From assembly GCA_016938065.1 (NCBI GenBank), contig JAFGVI010000063.1:2623-66622 (forward strand): DNA of 64,000 nt, given 5' to 3'. The translations under genes were made by a program, and so were the position numbers. The notes beneath the pieces are model-generated. The model saw only the letters and a list, made by a program, of their open reading frames with translations, had not been told where the DNA came from and searched no databases. Each line of letters begins with the position of its first letter. Position 1 is the stretch's first letter. Below, one piece after another: positions 1-8,975 of this stretch. The stretch comes from Deltaproteobacteria bacterium (GTDB taxonomy: Bacteria > Desulfobacterota > Anaeroferrophillalia > Anaeroferrophillales > Tharpellaceae).

Positions 1-294
1 TTTTTCGAGCAGAGGCCAGAGACTGTAGCCCAAACTGAACTCCCTGACCGCAACAAAATCGGCTTTGCCGTCAGCCTCCTTAACCACCAGACCGCCGATC
101 TTAATGCCGCTGAAAAGATCGAGGTTTAAAGAAGCAACCTCGACTTCCCGCCCGAGTGCCTCGCGTAACGGCGGCAAAAGCATAGTCCGCAAACGTTCCT
201 CGGTCAGATAAGCTTTCAGAACGATCCCGGCAACAACCAGCAGACCGACGCAGAGCACACCTGTAATCAACAAAATACGAAACAGCTTCTTCAT
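1..294 (-). CDS. N-terminal fragment of a membrane-anchored protein (AsmA-like N-terminus?). The 3' part lies outside the window.
   Basis: My own reverse translation from the ATG at 294-292 gives MKKLFRILLITGVLCVGLLVVAGIVLKAYLTEERLRTMLLPPLREALGREVEVASLNLDLFSGIKIGGLVVKEADGKADFVAVREFSLGYSLWPLLEK, open to base 1. It has an N-terminal TM anchor. The family call is by resemblance only. Confidence 0.4.
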   Translation of the reverse strand, partial: MKKLFRILLITGVLCVGLLVVAGIVLKAYLTEERLRTMLLPPLREALGREVEVASLNLDLFSGIKIGGLVVKEADGKADFVAVREFSLGYSLWPLLEK

Positions 295-474
295 GACAAA
301 CTCCCGGTCATCAACTGCATAATGAAAGCAACACTGCAATCATAACATATTTTGTTCAGATAGCAAGAGAAAAGTCCAGACCTGCGGTGATCAAACCGGT
401 TCCAAACTTTTTCAGTCAGATTCGGTCAGCTTCGGTCATGCAGCCCTCTTAGCACAGTTTGCAGGCGGCAGGCG

Positions 475-672
475 TCAGACCTGTTTGACCAGATCCGACA
501 TGAGTACCCCTCCTTTGCTGATATTATCCCGGTCTTCTTCATCGATAAAAATGATAATCGACTCTTTCGGCTTATTGGCGGCCTTGGCAATCACCGCCGT
601 GACCCCTTCGCAGATTTCAGCCTTCTGTTCACGATTAAGCTGCCCGGCAACACGAATACTGACATACGGCAT
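475..672 (-). CDS. 4-oxalocrotonate tautomerase family protein
   Basis: 65 aa, starts Met-Pro (MPYVSIRV...), which is the typical size and N-terminal Pro of the tautomerase superfamily. GGAGG-type RBS upstream (ggaggaaagtt on the minus strand). Confidence 0.7.
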   Translation of the reverse strand: MPYVSIRVAGQLNREQKAEICEGVTAVIAKAANKPKESIIIFIDEEDRDNISKGGVLMSDLVKQV

Positions 673-808
673 AACTTTCCTCCATGTCCCTTAAGGTTTA
701 CAATAGAACCGCCTTTTAATTTTTCCAAAAAAACGGTTGCATTCACATTTCATTATGATACATTAGAAAAACAAGATCAACTAACATTTAATTTTACAGG
801 AGCGGATT

Positions 809-1309
809 ATGAGAAAAAAACAGATGATTTTATGTTTGGTCAGCCTGATGTGTGCCATGGTTTTCGGCTCCACCTTCGCCCTGGCGGGGCAAACAGTTAA
901 AATCCCCTATGTCGTTTCTGACGATTCCGGATGGTGGACAGGCCTGGCCATTACCAACCACAGCAGTAGTGCAATCACCGATATGAAACTCTATTTCACA
1001 ACCGACACAGGGGCTTCCAGCAATTTGGAGTCTCCCCCGGTGATGAAAACCGCCATCCTGGATCCGGATCCCATGATAATCCTCCCTATTTACTACAATA
1101 CCGCACTGCCGGAAATTGCCGGCAATGCCATCCTGACAAACACTTTAACGGGCCTCTACACCGGTGAAGGCAGCAAAACCCTACCCTCGAATGCGGGCTC
1201 AGTCGTCCTCACACACAGCGGCAACCAAGAATTTTCAGTAACCGTCTACATCGGCGGCCCGACCGGGTTTGCCTTCCAGGTTTTCAACTCGGAACTGCCC
1301 ACTCTTTAA
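809..1309 (+). CDS. Secreted hypothetical protein with one copy of a GWxTG-type module
   Basis: RBS aggagc upstream. Signal peptide MRKKQMILCLVSLMCAMVFGSTFALA. The motif IPYVVSDDSGWWTGLAITN resembles modules in the 931-aa protein at 51697-54492. Confidence 0.6.
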   Translation: MRKKQMILCLVSLMCAMVFGSTFALAGQTVKIPYVVSDDSGWWTGLAITNHSSSAITDMKLYFTTDTGASSNLESPPVMKTAILDPDPMIILPIYYNTALPEIAGNAILTNTLTGLYTGEGSKTLPSNAGSVVLTHSGNQEFSVTVYIGGPTGFAFQVFNSELPTL

Positions 1310-1325
1310 GCAAAACAGTTTCAGC

Positions 1326-1376
1326 AAAAAACCCTGCCTTCCGGCTTCTGTGACAGAAGCCGGAAGGCAGGGTTTT
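1326..1376. terminator. Bidirectional intrinsic terminator hairpin between convergent genes
   Basis: Perfect inverted repeat aaaaaccctgccttccggcttctg / cagaagccggaaggcagggtttt with a 3-nt loop (tga), flanked by an A-run and a T-run. Confidence 0.8.
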
Positions 1377-1482
1377 GTATAAAAGAGGTAACTATTCTAT
1401 CTTCCATGTGCTCATGGTGCTCAGGTCGGGTACTCAGGTGATTTTCCGTAACGTCCCGCGAAATTCCGGCTGCAGACCGGAG

Positions 1483-2775
1483 TTAATCATAGCGCCGGTC
1501 AAATACCCTCTGGGTTTTACGTTCGCTGCGGGGCAGTTCTCCGTAGGCCAGCAGTTCGACGCGGGGAGTGACCAGAAGACGATGTTTGATCTGGCTGATC
1601 AGCGCTTTCTGCAACAACTCATCCTGCTCCGAACCGACACCAGCCTGCCGCTCAACTTTAAGCGTCAGATAGTCGCGGCCATCAGCCTGATGATCAAGAT
1701 GAATCTGATATTCACTGCCGAGCCCCGCTGTCCCGGAAAGAACCGCGTCAATCTCGCTGGGATAAACATTAACCCCCCGAATAATGAAAACATCATCACT
1801 GCGCCCTAAAATTTCACTGTGCCGCGGCATGATCGAACCACAGGGACAAGGGCCGGCAACCGCCCGGGAAAGATCCCGGGAACGATAACGCACCAGCGGG
1901 GTCGCTTCCTTATAAAGGGTCGTGTAGACCATTTCCCCGATTTCGCCTTCGGGCACCGGTTCCAGGGTCTCCGGATCGAGAAATTCCAAATAATAATAGT
2001 CGGCCCAATAGTGAATGTTCGAGCTGCAATGACAGTTGAGACCTGTCCCCGGACCATAGACCTCAGTCAGACCCGGAATGTCATAAAACTCCTCCAGACC
2101 CAAAAGCTCAACGATGCGCCGGCGCATCGCCTTGCTGGTACGCTCAGAACCGCAGATAACCTTGCGCAGACTGATCTGATCCCGCAGGCCCCGACGCTGC
2201 ACCTCTTCGGCGAGAAGCAGCGCCATCGATGAGGTACAGCACAGGATAGTTGTCGAAAAATCAACGAGAAAAGTACACTGCAGATCAAGATTGCCCGGCC
2301 CGGTCGGCAGAGCCATGGCTCCGTATCGCTCACAGGCCAGCTGAAAACCGGCCCCGGCCGTCCAGACCCCGTATCCGACGCAGATCTGCACCCGATCCTC
2401 CCGGGTCAAGCCCGCCATCTCATAACAACGACAGAACATGGCCAGCCAGTCATCAATATCTTTCTGCGTGTAAGCAACGACTTTGCGTTTTCCAGTAGTT
2501 CCCGAGGATGCATGGATCCTAACGATATCGCGATTCGCGGCCGCCAGCAGCGGCAGAGGATAACCATCTCTAAAATCATCAGCCGTAGTAACTGGAAAAC
2601 GCCGCAAGTCATCGATCGTTTTAAACATCTCCGGATGTACGCCGACCGTATCAAAACGACGGCGGTAAAAGTCACTGTGACTATAAGCGTGTTGTAAGGT
2701 CCAGGCCAGACGCTCGCGCTGAAGCGCGGCCAGCTCACTTTGACTTCTAACTGCAGGGGCATATCTTCTCAACAT
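1483..2775 (-). CDS. paaK: Phenylacetate-CoA ligase family (PaaK-like) adenylate-forming enzyme
   Basis: 430 aa. The N-terminus (...LQRERLAWTLQHAYSHSDFYRRRFD...) and the SSGTTGKRK AMP-binding loop are typical of PaaK-type ligases. Confidence 0.75.
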   Translation of the reverse strand: MLRRYAPAVRSQSELAALQRERLAWTLQHAYSHSDFYRRRFDTVGVHPEMFKTIDDLRRFPVTTADDFRDGYPLPLLAAANRDIVRIHASSGTTGKRKVVAYTQKDIDDWLAMFCRCYEMAGLTREDRVQICVGYGVWTAGAGFQLACERYGAMALPTGPGNLDLQCTFLVDFSTTILCCTSSMALLLAEEVQRRGLRDQISLRKVICGSERTSKAMRRRIVELLGLEEFYDIPGLTEVYGPGTGLNCHCSSNIHYWADYYYLEFLDPETLEPVPEGEIGEMVYTTLYKEATPLVRYRSRDLSRAVAGPCPCGSIMPRHSEILGRSDDVFIIRGVNVYPSEIDAVLSGTAGLGSEYQIHLDHQADGRDYLTLKVERQAGVGSEQDELLQKALISQIKHRLLVTPRVELLAYGELPRSERKTQRVFDRRYD

Positions 2776-3025
2776 CTTTCCTCTCTGATTTTCAGCTGCT
2801 CAACACCGGTTTCCGTAAAAGGGAGTTAACTTTCGCGGGCCGAGCTCTAAAACATCTCCCCCTTTTTGTCAACCGCCAAATCCGGACCCGGAACAGCCAC
2901 CTAAGTATACATCGCCGACAAAAAAAAGTTGCATCATCAGGCAAAAGAAAGTATTGGAGGCAGTCAGTAAAGCCTTAAAGCCTTTAAAAAAACAACATCA
3001 GCATCAGAAAAGAAGGGGAGAACTC

Positions 3026-4057
3026 ATGCTTAAACTAGCCAAACTCAGTTCGAGATTCGCAGCCTTGCTCGCCCTGGCCGGAATTCTGTTGACCCTGGTC
3101 CCCGTAGCCGGAGCCGAAAGTCTGACTTTAAACTATGCAAACTTTCCTCCGGCACCAACGTTCCCCTGCGTACAGATGGAACGCTGGGCCAAGGAGGTGG
3201 AGAGCCGCAGTCATGGCCAGATCAAGGTTATGACCTTTCCGGGAGGTACGCTGCTGGGAGCCAAGAACATGCTCGACGGCGTCAAGAAAGGCATCGCGGA
3301 TATCGGCTGTTTCTGCCCGCCCTACCTGCCGGGACGCTTTCCGCTGCTTGAAGGGGCTGACCTGCCGGTAGGCTTTACCAGCGCCGCCGTGGCCAGCGCC
3401 ACCCTCTGGGATCTCTATGAAAAATACCGGCCGGAAAGCCTCAACGGGGTTAAAGTCCTGACCATGTTTACCTGTGCTCCGGCCAATCTGATGCTCAAAA
3501 CAGCAGGGACGACCCTGGCCGACTTAAAAGGCATGGAGATTCGAGGCACCGGCATTTCGGGCCGCTATCTCGAAGCGATGGGAGCCATACCGGTAGCCAT
3601 GCCGATGTCAGCAGTGCCCGAAGCCCTGCAGAAAGGAGTGGTCAAAGGGGTTTTTTCCTCTCTGGAAATCATGCAGGATTTCAAGTTTGCCGAGCTCTGC
3701 GATCATGTTACCATCATCAATGGCCCGACAACTTCTTTTGCGGTCGTGATGAATCTCGAAAAATGGCAGGGATTAAGCCCGGAGATCCAGAAAATATTCA
3801 ATGACCTGGGTCGCGAACAGGCCCTCTGGACCGGCAACTATGAAGACAACCATGTCAAAGAAGCCCTGGCCTGGTCAGAGAAAACTCATCAGGTCAAAAT
3901 CAACTCCATCGCCCCGGCGGAAAAAAGCGTTGTCAGCGAAAAAGTCCGCTTCATGACCGATGCCTACCTCAATCAGACCGCCAAAGCGGGACTGCCGGGC
4001 CGCGAATTTCTTGAAGACCTTATGACCTTCAAAGCCAAATATGAAAAAGAGTTCTGA
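3026..4057 (+). CDS. TRAP transporter substrate-binding protein (DctP family)
   Basis: ATG at 3026 preceded by aggggag. Signal peptide MLKLAKLSSRFAALLALAGILLTLVPVAGA. Followed by small and large TRAP permease genes. Confidence 0.8.
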   Translation: MLKLAKLSSRFAALLALAGILLTLVPVAGAESLTLNYANFPPAPTFPCVQMERWAKEVESRSHGQIKVMTFPGGTLLGAKNMLDGVKKGIADIGCFCPPYLPGRFPLLEGADLPVGFTSAAVASATLWDLYEKYRPESLNGVKVLTMFTCAPANLMLKTAGTTLADLKGMEIRGTGISGRYLEAMGAIPVAMPMSAVPEALQKGVVKGVFSSLEIMQDFKFAELCDHVTIINGPTTSFAVVMNLEKWQGLSPEIQKIFNDLGREQALWTGNYEDNHVKEALAWSEKTHQVKINSIAPAEKSVVSEKVRFMTDAYLNQTAKAGLPGREFLEDLMTFKAKYEKEF

Positions 4058-4075
4058 TTTGAAAACAACCTGCAG

Positions 4076-4588
4076 ATGAACCAAGACCGCTTTCGTAATC
4101 TTCTCCTCAAAGGCCAGCAGCTGAAACTGCTGCTGGCCGGCATTGCCCTGCTCCTCATGGTGCTTATCGGCTTTGCCAACGTGGTCTGCCGCAACCTCTG
4201 GCAACCGCTGAAAGGATCTTTTGAAATAATCGGCTATCTCGGAGCCGTTACTGTCGCTCTCTCCCTGGGCAGTGCGCAACTCGAAAAAAAACACATCATC
4301 GTTGATATCATAACGCGGCACTACACTCCCGGCTGGGGCCGCCTGACTTCAGCAATCGGCCACTTGTGCAGCGCTCTGTTCTTCATTTTGGCGGCCTGGC
4401 AGACCTGGGCCTGGGCTGACAACATCCGCCTGACCGGAGAAACCTCGGAAACCCTGCACCTCATCTTTTACCCTTTTATCTACCTCACCGCTTTCGGTTT
4501 TGCTTTTCTCGCTCTGGTTCTGCTGTCAGACCTGAGCAGAAGCCTCAAAAACCAGAAAGCGCACCCACCGAGCCGGCATGAGTCCTGA
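4076..4588 (+). CDS. TRAP transporter small permease (DctQ-like)
   Basis: 170 aa with four hydrophobic segments. Sits between the DctP-like and DctM-like genes and overlaps the next gene by 11 nt. Confidence 0.7.
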   Translation: MNQDRFRNLLLKGQQLKLLLAGIALLLMVLIGFANVVCRNLWQPLKGSFEIIGYLGAVTVALSLGSAQLEKKHIIVDIITRHYTPGWGRLTSAIGHLCSALFFILAAWQTWAWADNIRLTGETSETLHLIFYPFIYLTAFGFAFLALVLLSDLSRSLKNQKAHPPSRHES

Positions 4589-5882
4589 AACTATCGGCAT
4601 TATCGGCATCATCATGATGATGGCGGCGATGCTTCTGCTCCAGATTCCAGTCGGTTTTGCCATGGCGCTTACCGGTTTTGCCGGTGTCGCCTGGCTACTC
4701 TCTTTAGATGCCGCCCTGGCGCTGATCGGTAACGACCTGTGGACGACTTTTTCCTCCTACGGTCTGACTATCATCCCGCTCTTTATCTTCATGGGCCATA
4801 TCTGTTTTCACAGCAACGTCAACAACCGACTCTACAGCTGCGCCTACGCCTGGCTGGGGGCAACGCGCGGCGGCCTGGCCATAGCAACCGTTGCGGCCTG
4901 TGCCGGCTTTGCCGCGATCAGCGGCTCCAATACCGCCACCGCCGCCACCATGACCTCGGTAGCCCTTCCTTCAATGCGCAAATACGGCTACAATCCCACC
5001 CTGATTACCGGTTCCATCGCGGCCGGATCAACCCTGGGAGTGGTCATTCCACCAAGTATCGTACTGGTGGTCTACGGCATCTACACCGGCCAATCGATCG
5101 CCAAACTTTTTTTCGGCAGCATCATTCCCGGTCTGATCCTTGCGGCTCTACTGGTTCTGACCGTCGTTATCATCTGTCGCCGCCACCCGGACTGGGGCCC
5201 GCCCGGAGAGAAAACCACCTTCAAGGAAAAAATATTATCCCTCAAAGGCTCTTTCGAAATGCTGCTCCTCTTCGGCCTGGTCATGGGCGGTCTCTTCGGG
5301 GGTTTTTTCACACCCAGTGAAGCCGGAGCCGTAGGCTCATTCTGCGCTGTGGTGTTAAGTTTTTTCCGACGCTCCCTCTCATATAAAAAGTTCCTTGCCG
5401 CCATCAATGATACCTTGAAAATTTCAAGTTTTATCATCGTCATCATTGCCGGAGCTATCATTTTCGGCCGTTTTCTCGCCCTCACCCGGCTCCCCTACGC
5501 CATCGCCGCGGGTGCCGCCGGGCTTCCGGTCGCCCCCGCAGTTATTCTCTGGATCGTTATTCTTTTTTTTATCATCGGCGGCGCCATCATGGATGCCCTG
5601 GGCCTGCTCCTGATTACCATCCCCATTTTCTACCCGCTGGCCGTAAAACTCAACTTTGATCCCATCTGGTTCGGCGTTCTGATTACCATCGTCACAACCA
5701 TGGGCGCCATCACGCCGCCGGTCGGCGTCAACGCCTACGTCGTCGCCGGCATGGCCGAAGATATTCCCCTCTCAACCATCTTTAAAGGCATCGCCTATTT
5801 TCTGCCGACCTACATCATTACCATCATTCTGATCGAAATCTTCCCGCAACTGATCCTCGGACCCGCCGCAGCGGTCTTTTAA
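4578..5882 (+). CDS. TRAP transporter large permease (DctM-like)
   Basis: 434 aa, polytopic membrane protein of typical DctM size in the canonical P-Q-M gene order. Confidence 0.85.
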   Translation: MSPETIGIIGIIMMMAAMLLLQIPVGFAMALTGFAGVAWLLSLDAALALIGNDLWTTFSSYGLTIIPLFIFMGHICFHSNVNNRLYSCAYAWLGATRGGLAIATVAACAGFAAISGSNTATAATMTSVALPSMRKYGYNPTLITGSIAAGSTLGVVIPPSIVLVVYGIYTGQSIAKLFFGSIIPGLILAALLVLTVVIICRRHPDWGPPGEKTTFKEKILSLKGSFEMLLLFGLVMGGLFGGFFTPSEAGAVGSFCAVVLSFFRRSLSYKKFLAAINDTLKISSFIIVIIAGAIIFGRFLALTRLPYAIAAGAAGLPVAPAVILWIVILFFIIGGAIMDALGLLLITIPIFYPLAVKLNFDPIWFGVLITIVTTMGAITPPVGVNAYVVAGMAEDIPLSTIFKGIAYFLPTYIITIILIEIFPQLILGPAAAVF

Positions 5883-6226
5883 CCGGTAACCCAGGCGTTA
5901 AGCCCGTCTTCAACCTGACGCATCAGAAAATTCAGGGTCTCAATCCGGCCGGAACTTTTCGCCTCTCTTTCCATCTCTTTAAAAAGTTCGGCCAGGTGAG
6001 CCAGTTGCGGACCGCTGAAATTATTGAAAGTGCCCTTTAAAGCGTGGGCAAAGAAGGCAACATCGGACAACCCGGCGCCGACGACAGCCCGGCGTAATGG
6101 AGGAAGGTACTCGGTTAAGGTCTCACAAAGCGCCTCGACAACCTCAACCCCCTCCTCCGGACCGAAACCCATTAAAACCAGATCATCACCTAGAAGCTTA
6201 TTTAAAAACTCTCGATCAATTTTCAC
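5879..6226 (-). CDS. Stand-alone histidine phosphotransfer (Hpt) domain protein
   Basis: 115 aa containing the HALKGTFNNF motif (HxxKG phospho-His signature). Divergent from the hybrid kinase gene. Confidence 0.7.
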   Translation of the reverse strand: MKIDREFLNKLLGDDLVLMGFGPEEGVEVVEALCETLTEYLPPLRRAVVGAGLSDVAFFAHALKGTFNNFSGPQLAHLAELFKEMEREAKSSGRIETLNFLMRQVEDGLNAWVTG

Positions 6227-6243
6227 AATTTCACTCCTTTATT

Positions 6244-6269
6244 ATAATTGTACCCGATAATTGTACCCG
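6244..6269. repeat. Perfect tandem direct repeat, 2 x 13 bp (ATAATTGTACCCG)
   Basis: Read directly at 6244-6256 and 6257-6269, in the divergent Hpt / hybrid kinase intergenic region. Confidence 0.9.
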
Positions 6270-6383
6270 CAAATCAGAACTTTGCAGTTGTTCGCAAACC
6301 CCACATAGTGTATGATCGCTGGTGTGGTGAAAAACCATAGCAAAAAAACACTTAACGTGCCAACAAATTAACCGTAATTTGCC

Positions 6384-8966
6384 ATGAAGCTTCAACAAAA
6401 GATAAATATTTCGATCATCACAGCCTTCTTCCCTGTGATGATTACTATCTTAACCATCTCCTTTTACGCCAAGGAGCAGGCCCGCAAAACTTTTTTCCAG
6501 GAAGCTGAAACAACCGCGAATCTGGTTGATTTCGCCTGTCAGCAAGAGATCAGAAAGCTTGATCTGGCAATCAAGGCAGTGCTCAGTGACGACTCACTGG
6601 CAACCAGTTTTCACTATGATCTTAAAAATACACTTAACTTCCGCTGTCGGTCATTAAGTAAAGAATTCGGCCTGACCCTGCTCGCTTTTTTCACCCAGAA
6701 CGGCACCCTCTCCTCTTTTTACGCACCGCCGGTACAGAAAACTGCGGCAGAAGCTGAAAATGAGCATAAAATCTCTCTCCTGCTTAAAACCCTGCAACTC
6801 CCTCACAGCGACGCCAGCAATCAGACCCTGGCCACCATCAACGATCAGCTCTATCTTCTCTGCAGAGCCCCTCTGGTACTGACTGACGATGGCATGGTGG
6901 GCTCTTTTGCTTTCGTCATCCCCTTTCCTTCAGAAACTTTTTTCAATGATATCTACGCCAACTCCTCAGGTACCGTTGAAGTTGCCTTCTGGCGTGGAAC
7001 TGAACTGTTAGCCGGCAGTCCCACCATGATCGCCGCGCCGGACTACAGACGCCAGCGCCCAACGCAAAAAAAACGGGCCCTGCGCCTTGCAAACGGATCA
7101 TCCTGGGCGGGCATCAGCTACCCCCAGCTCGAACTTGCGGCAACCACTGGCATTGTCGATCTGGTCTCTGAAATTATGATCAACACGACCCCGGAAGAAG
7201 AGCGGATCAACCAGATCATCACCCTGACCGTGGCCACCGTCCTGGTGGCTATCTTAATTTTTTCGTTAATCCTCTTTACTCTCGGTCACTACATTGTCAA
7301 ACCACTGAGAAGCATAACACAGGCTACGAAAGATGTTATTGAAAAAGGCACCCTGCCCGAATACAAACCCATGCAACGCCGCGATGAAATCGGCTATCTC
7401 TGGAGTGTCGGAGCCAAAATGGCGGCAACCCTGCATCAGGAAAAAATCAGAGCGGAAGAGGCCAACCGCGCCAAATCAGAATTTCTGGCCAACATGAGTC
7501 ACGAAATCCGCACCCCTTTAAACGCAATTTTAGGCTTCACCCAGATCCTGCAGGAACACCCCCTGAATCAGGAAGAAAAAACCTATTTAAATTACATCAG
7601 CGAATCCGGCCACCATCTTTTACAGATCATCAACGAGATTCTTGATATTGCCAAAATTGAAAGCGGCTCAATGCTGCTTGAAGAACTCGATTTCGACCTC
7701 AACCAGCTTCTGGATGAGGTCGCCGTCATCATTCGCGGTCACATGAAACCTGAAATTGAGTATCGCCTGCCCCGGGTTCAAGGGCTGCCGCGGGTCTGCG
7801 GTGACGAGCTTAAACTCAAACAGGTTCTTATCAATCTTATCAACAACGCCAGCAAATTCACCGACAAAGGCACGATCGAAATTCAGGTTACAGTCAAGGA
7901 GATGGATGAAAAGGCCCTCGAACTGCTCTTTTTTGTCCGCGATACCGGCAAAGGAATTGCTCTGGAAAACCAGCCCCTGGTATTTCAGAGTTTCACTCAG
8001 GAAGACTCTTCCATTACCCGTAAATATGGCGGTACCGGCCTGGGCCTGACGATTTCCAAAAAAATCGTCGAACTCATGGGCGGTCGCATGTGGCTCGAAA
8101 GTGAGCCCGGAAAAGGCACCACCTTCTATTTTACCGTGCGGCTGGCGCGTTCCCATAAACCCGCCCCCAGCCCCGCATTCAACCCCGCCAGCAATCTGAT
8201 GATCCAGGATTGCAAAATTGCGGTAGTTGACGACAATCCGCTTAACATCTTGATTATTGATAAGATTCTGCGCCCTTATGGAGCCCGGGTTTCCGGATTT
8301 GCAACCGCTGAGGAATTTCTCAACCACCTGAAAAACATTGCCCCCGCAGACTGCGACCTGATTATCAGTGACATTCAAATGCCTAAAACCTCGGGCATCG
8401 AGCTGCTGACCCTCTTGCGCGCTCAGGGCTGCAAAACACCAGTGATTGCCGCATCATCCGAAAATATTCTGAAACAGAACCTGCAGAACAAATTTGAGGC
8501 CTTCATCTACAAACCGATTATTAAAGATGAACTCTTAAACGCAATTGCCGGGGTGCTGGCGCAACCGACTCCTGGCCAACCCGCCCCCAGCGACAACAGC
8601 CTTTATCAGAATCTGCGGATTCTTGTGGCCGAAGACAACAAAATCAACCAGATGCTGATTAAAAAGATTTTGGGCGGTTTAAAACCCCGGGTTCTTACCC
8701 TCAAGGCCGACGGCCGGGCAACGCTGGAGGAAGCCCTGAAAGAACCTTACGATCTGGTTTTAATGGATATCAATATGCCGATTATGGATGGTCTGACGGC
8801 GACCCGGGAAATCCGTAAAACCCTGCCGGAGTTGCCGATTTACGCACTGACCGCCAACACCATGTCCGGCGATCGCGAAAAATGCCTTAACGCCGGCATG
8901 AACGGTTTCCTGGAAAAACCCATTAATCCTGATCATCTGAAAGAAATCCTGCAACGCTATGTCTGA
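6384..8966 (+). CDS. Hybrid sensor histidine kinase (2 TM + periplasmic sensor, HAMP, HisKA, HATPase, two receiver domains)
   Basis: H-box SHEIRTPLNAILG, N-box NLINNASKFT, G-boxes DTGKGI and GGTGLGLTISKKIVELMGG. Receiver 1 has ...LIISDIQMPKTSG... and receiver 2 has ...LVLMDINMPIMDG.... Confidence 0.9.
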   Translation: MKLQQKINISIITAFFPVMITILTISFYAKEQARKTFFQEAETTANLVDFACQQEIRKLDLAIKAVLSDDSLATSFHYDLKNTLNFRCRSLSKEFGLTLLAFFTQNGTLSSFYAPPVQKTAAEAENEHKISLLLKTLQLPHSDASNQTLATINDQLYLLCRAPLVLTDDGMVGSFAFVIPFPSETFFNDIYANSSGTVEVAFWRGTELLAGSPTMIAAPDYRRQRPTQKKRALRLANGSSWAGISYPQLELAATTGIVDLVSEIMINTTPEEERINQIITLTVATVLVAILIFSLILFTLGHYIVKPLRSITQATKDVIEKGTLPEYKPMQRRDEIGYLWSVGAKMAATLHQEKIRAEEANRAKSEFLANMSHEIRTPLNAILGFTQILQEHPLNQEEKTYLNYISESGHHLLQIINEILDIAKIESGSMLLEELDFDLNQLLDEVAVIIRGHMKPEIEYRLPRVQGLPRVCGDELKLKQVLINLINNASKFTDKGTIEIQVTVKEMDEKALELLFFVRDTGKGIALENQPLVFQSFTQEDSSITRKYGGTGLGLTISKKIVELMGGRMWLESEPGKGTTFYFTVRLARSHKPAPSPAFNPASNLMIQDCKIAVVDDNPLNILIIDKILRPYGARVSGFATAEEFLNHLKNIAPADCDLIISDIQMPKTSGIELLTLLRAQGCKTPVIAASSENILKQNLQNKFEAFIYKPIIKDELLNAIAGVLAQPTPGQPAPSDNSLYQNLRILVAEDNKINQMLIKKILGGLKPRVLTLKADGRATLEEALKEPYDLVLMDINMPIMDGLTATREIRKTLPELPIYALTANTMSGDREKCLNAGMNGFLEKPINPDHLKEILQRYV

Positions 8967-8975
8967 TGCGAAATA

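Noticed and set aside
2954-3025. N-terminal extensions given by the longest-ORF track: 2954-3025, 15003-15107, 18227-18328, 26920-26958, 36078-36119, 41522-41611, 42926-42988, 57552-57626, 62229-62363 and 62746-62892.
   Set aside because: In each case an internal ATG has a GGAG-type RBS 5-10 nt upstream and gives a proper signal peptide or family-typical N-terminus. Several of the longer versions start at GTG/TTG or overlap the upstream gene.
5879-5882. A 4-nt overlap of the convergent dctM and Hpt-domain gene ends, with no terminator between them.
   Set aside because: The overlap is real (TTAA shared by both stops), but it is a common compact arrangement and I see no further structure to interpret.
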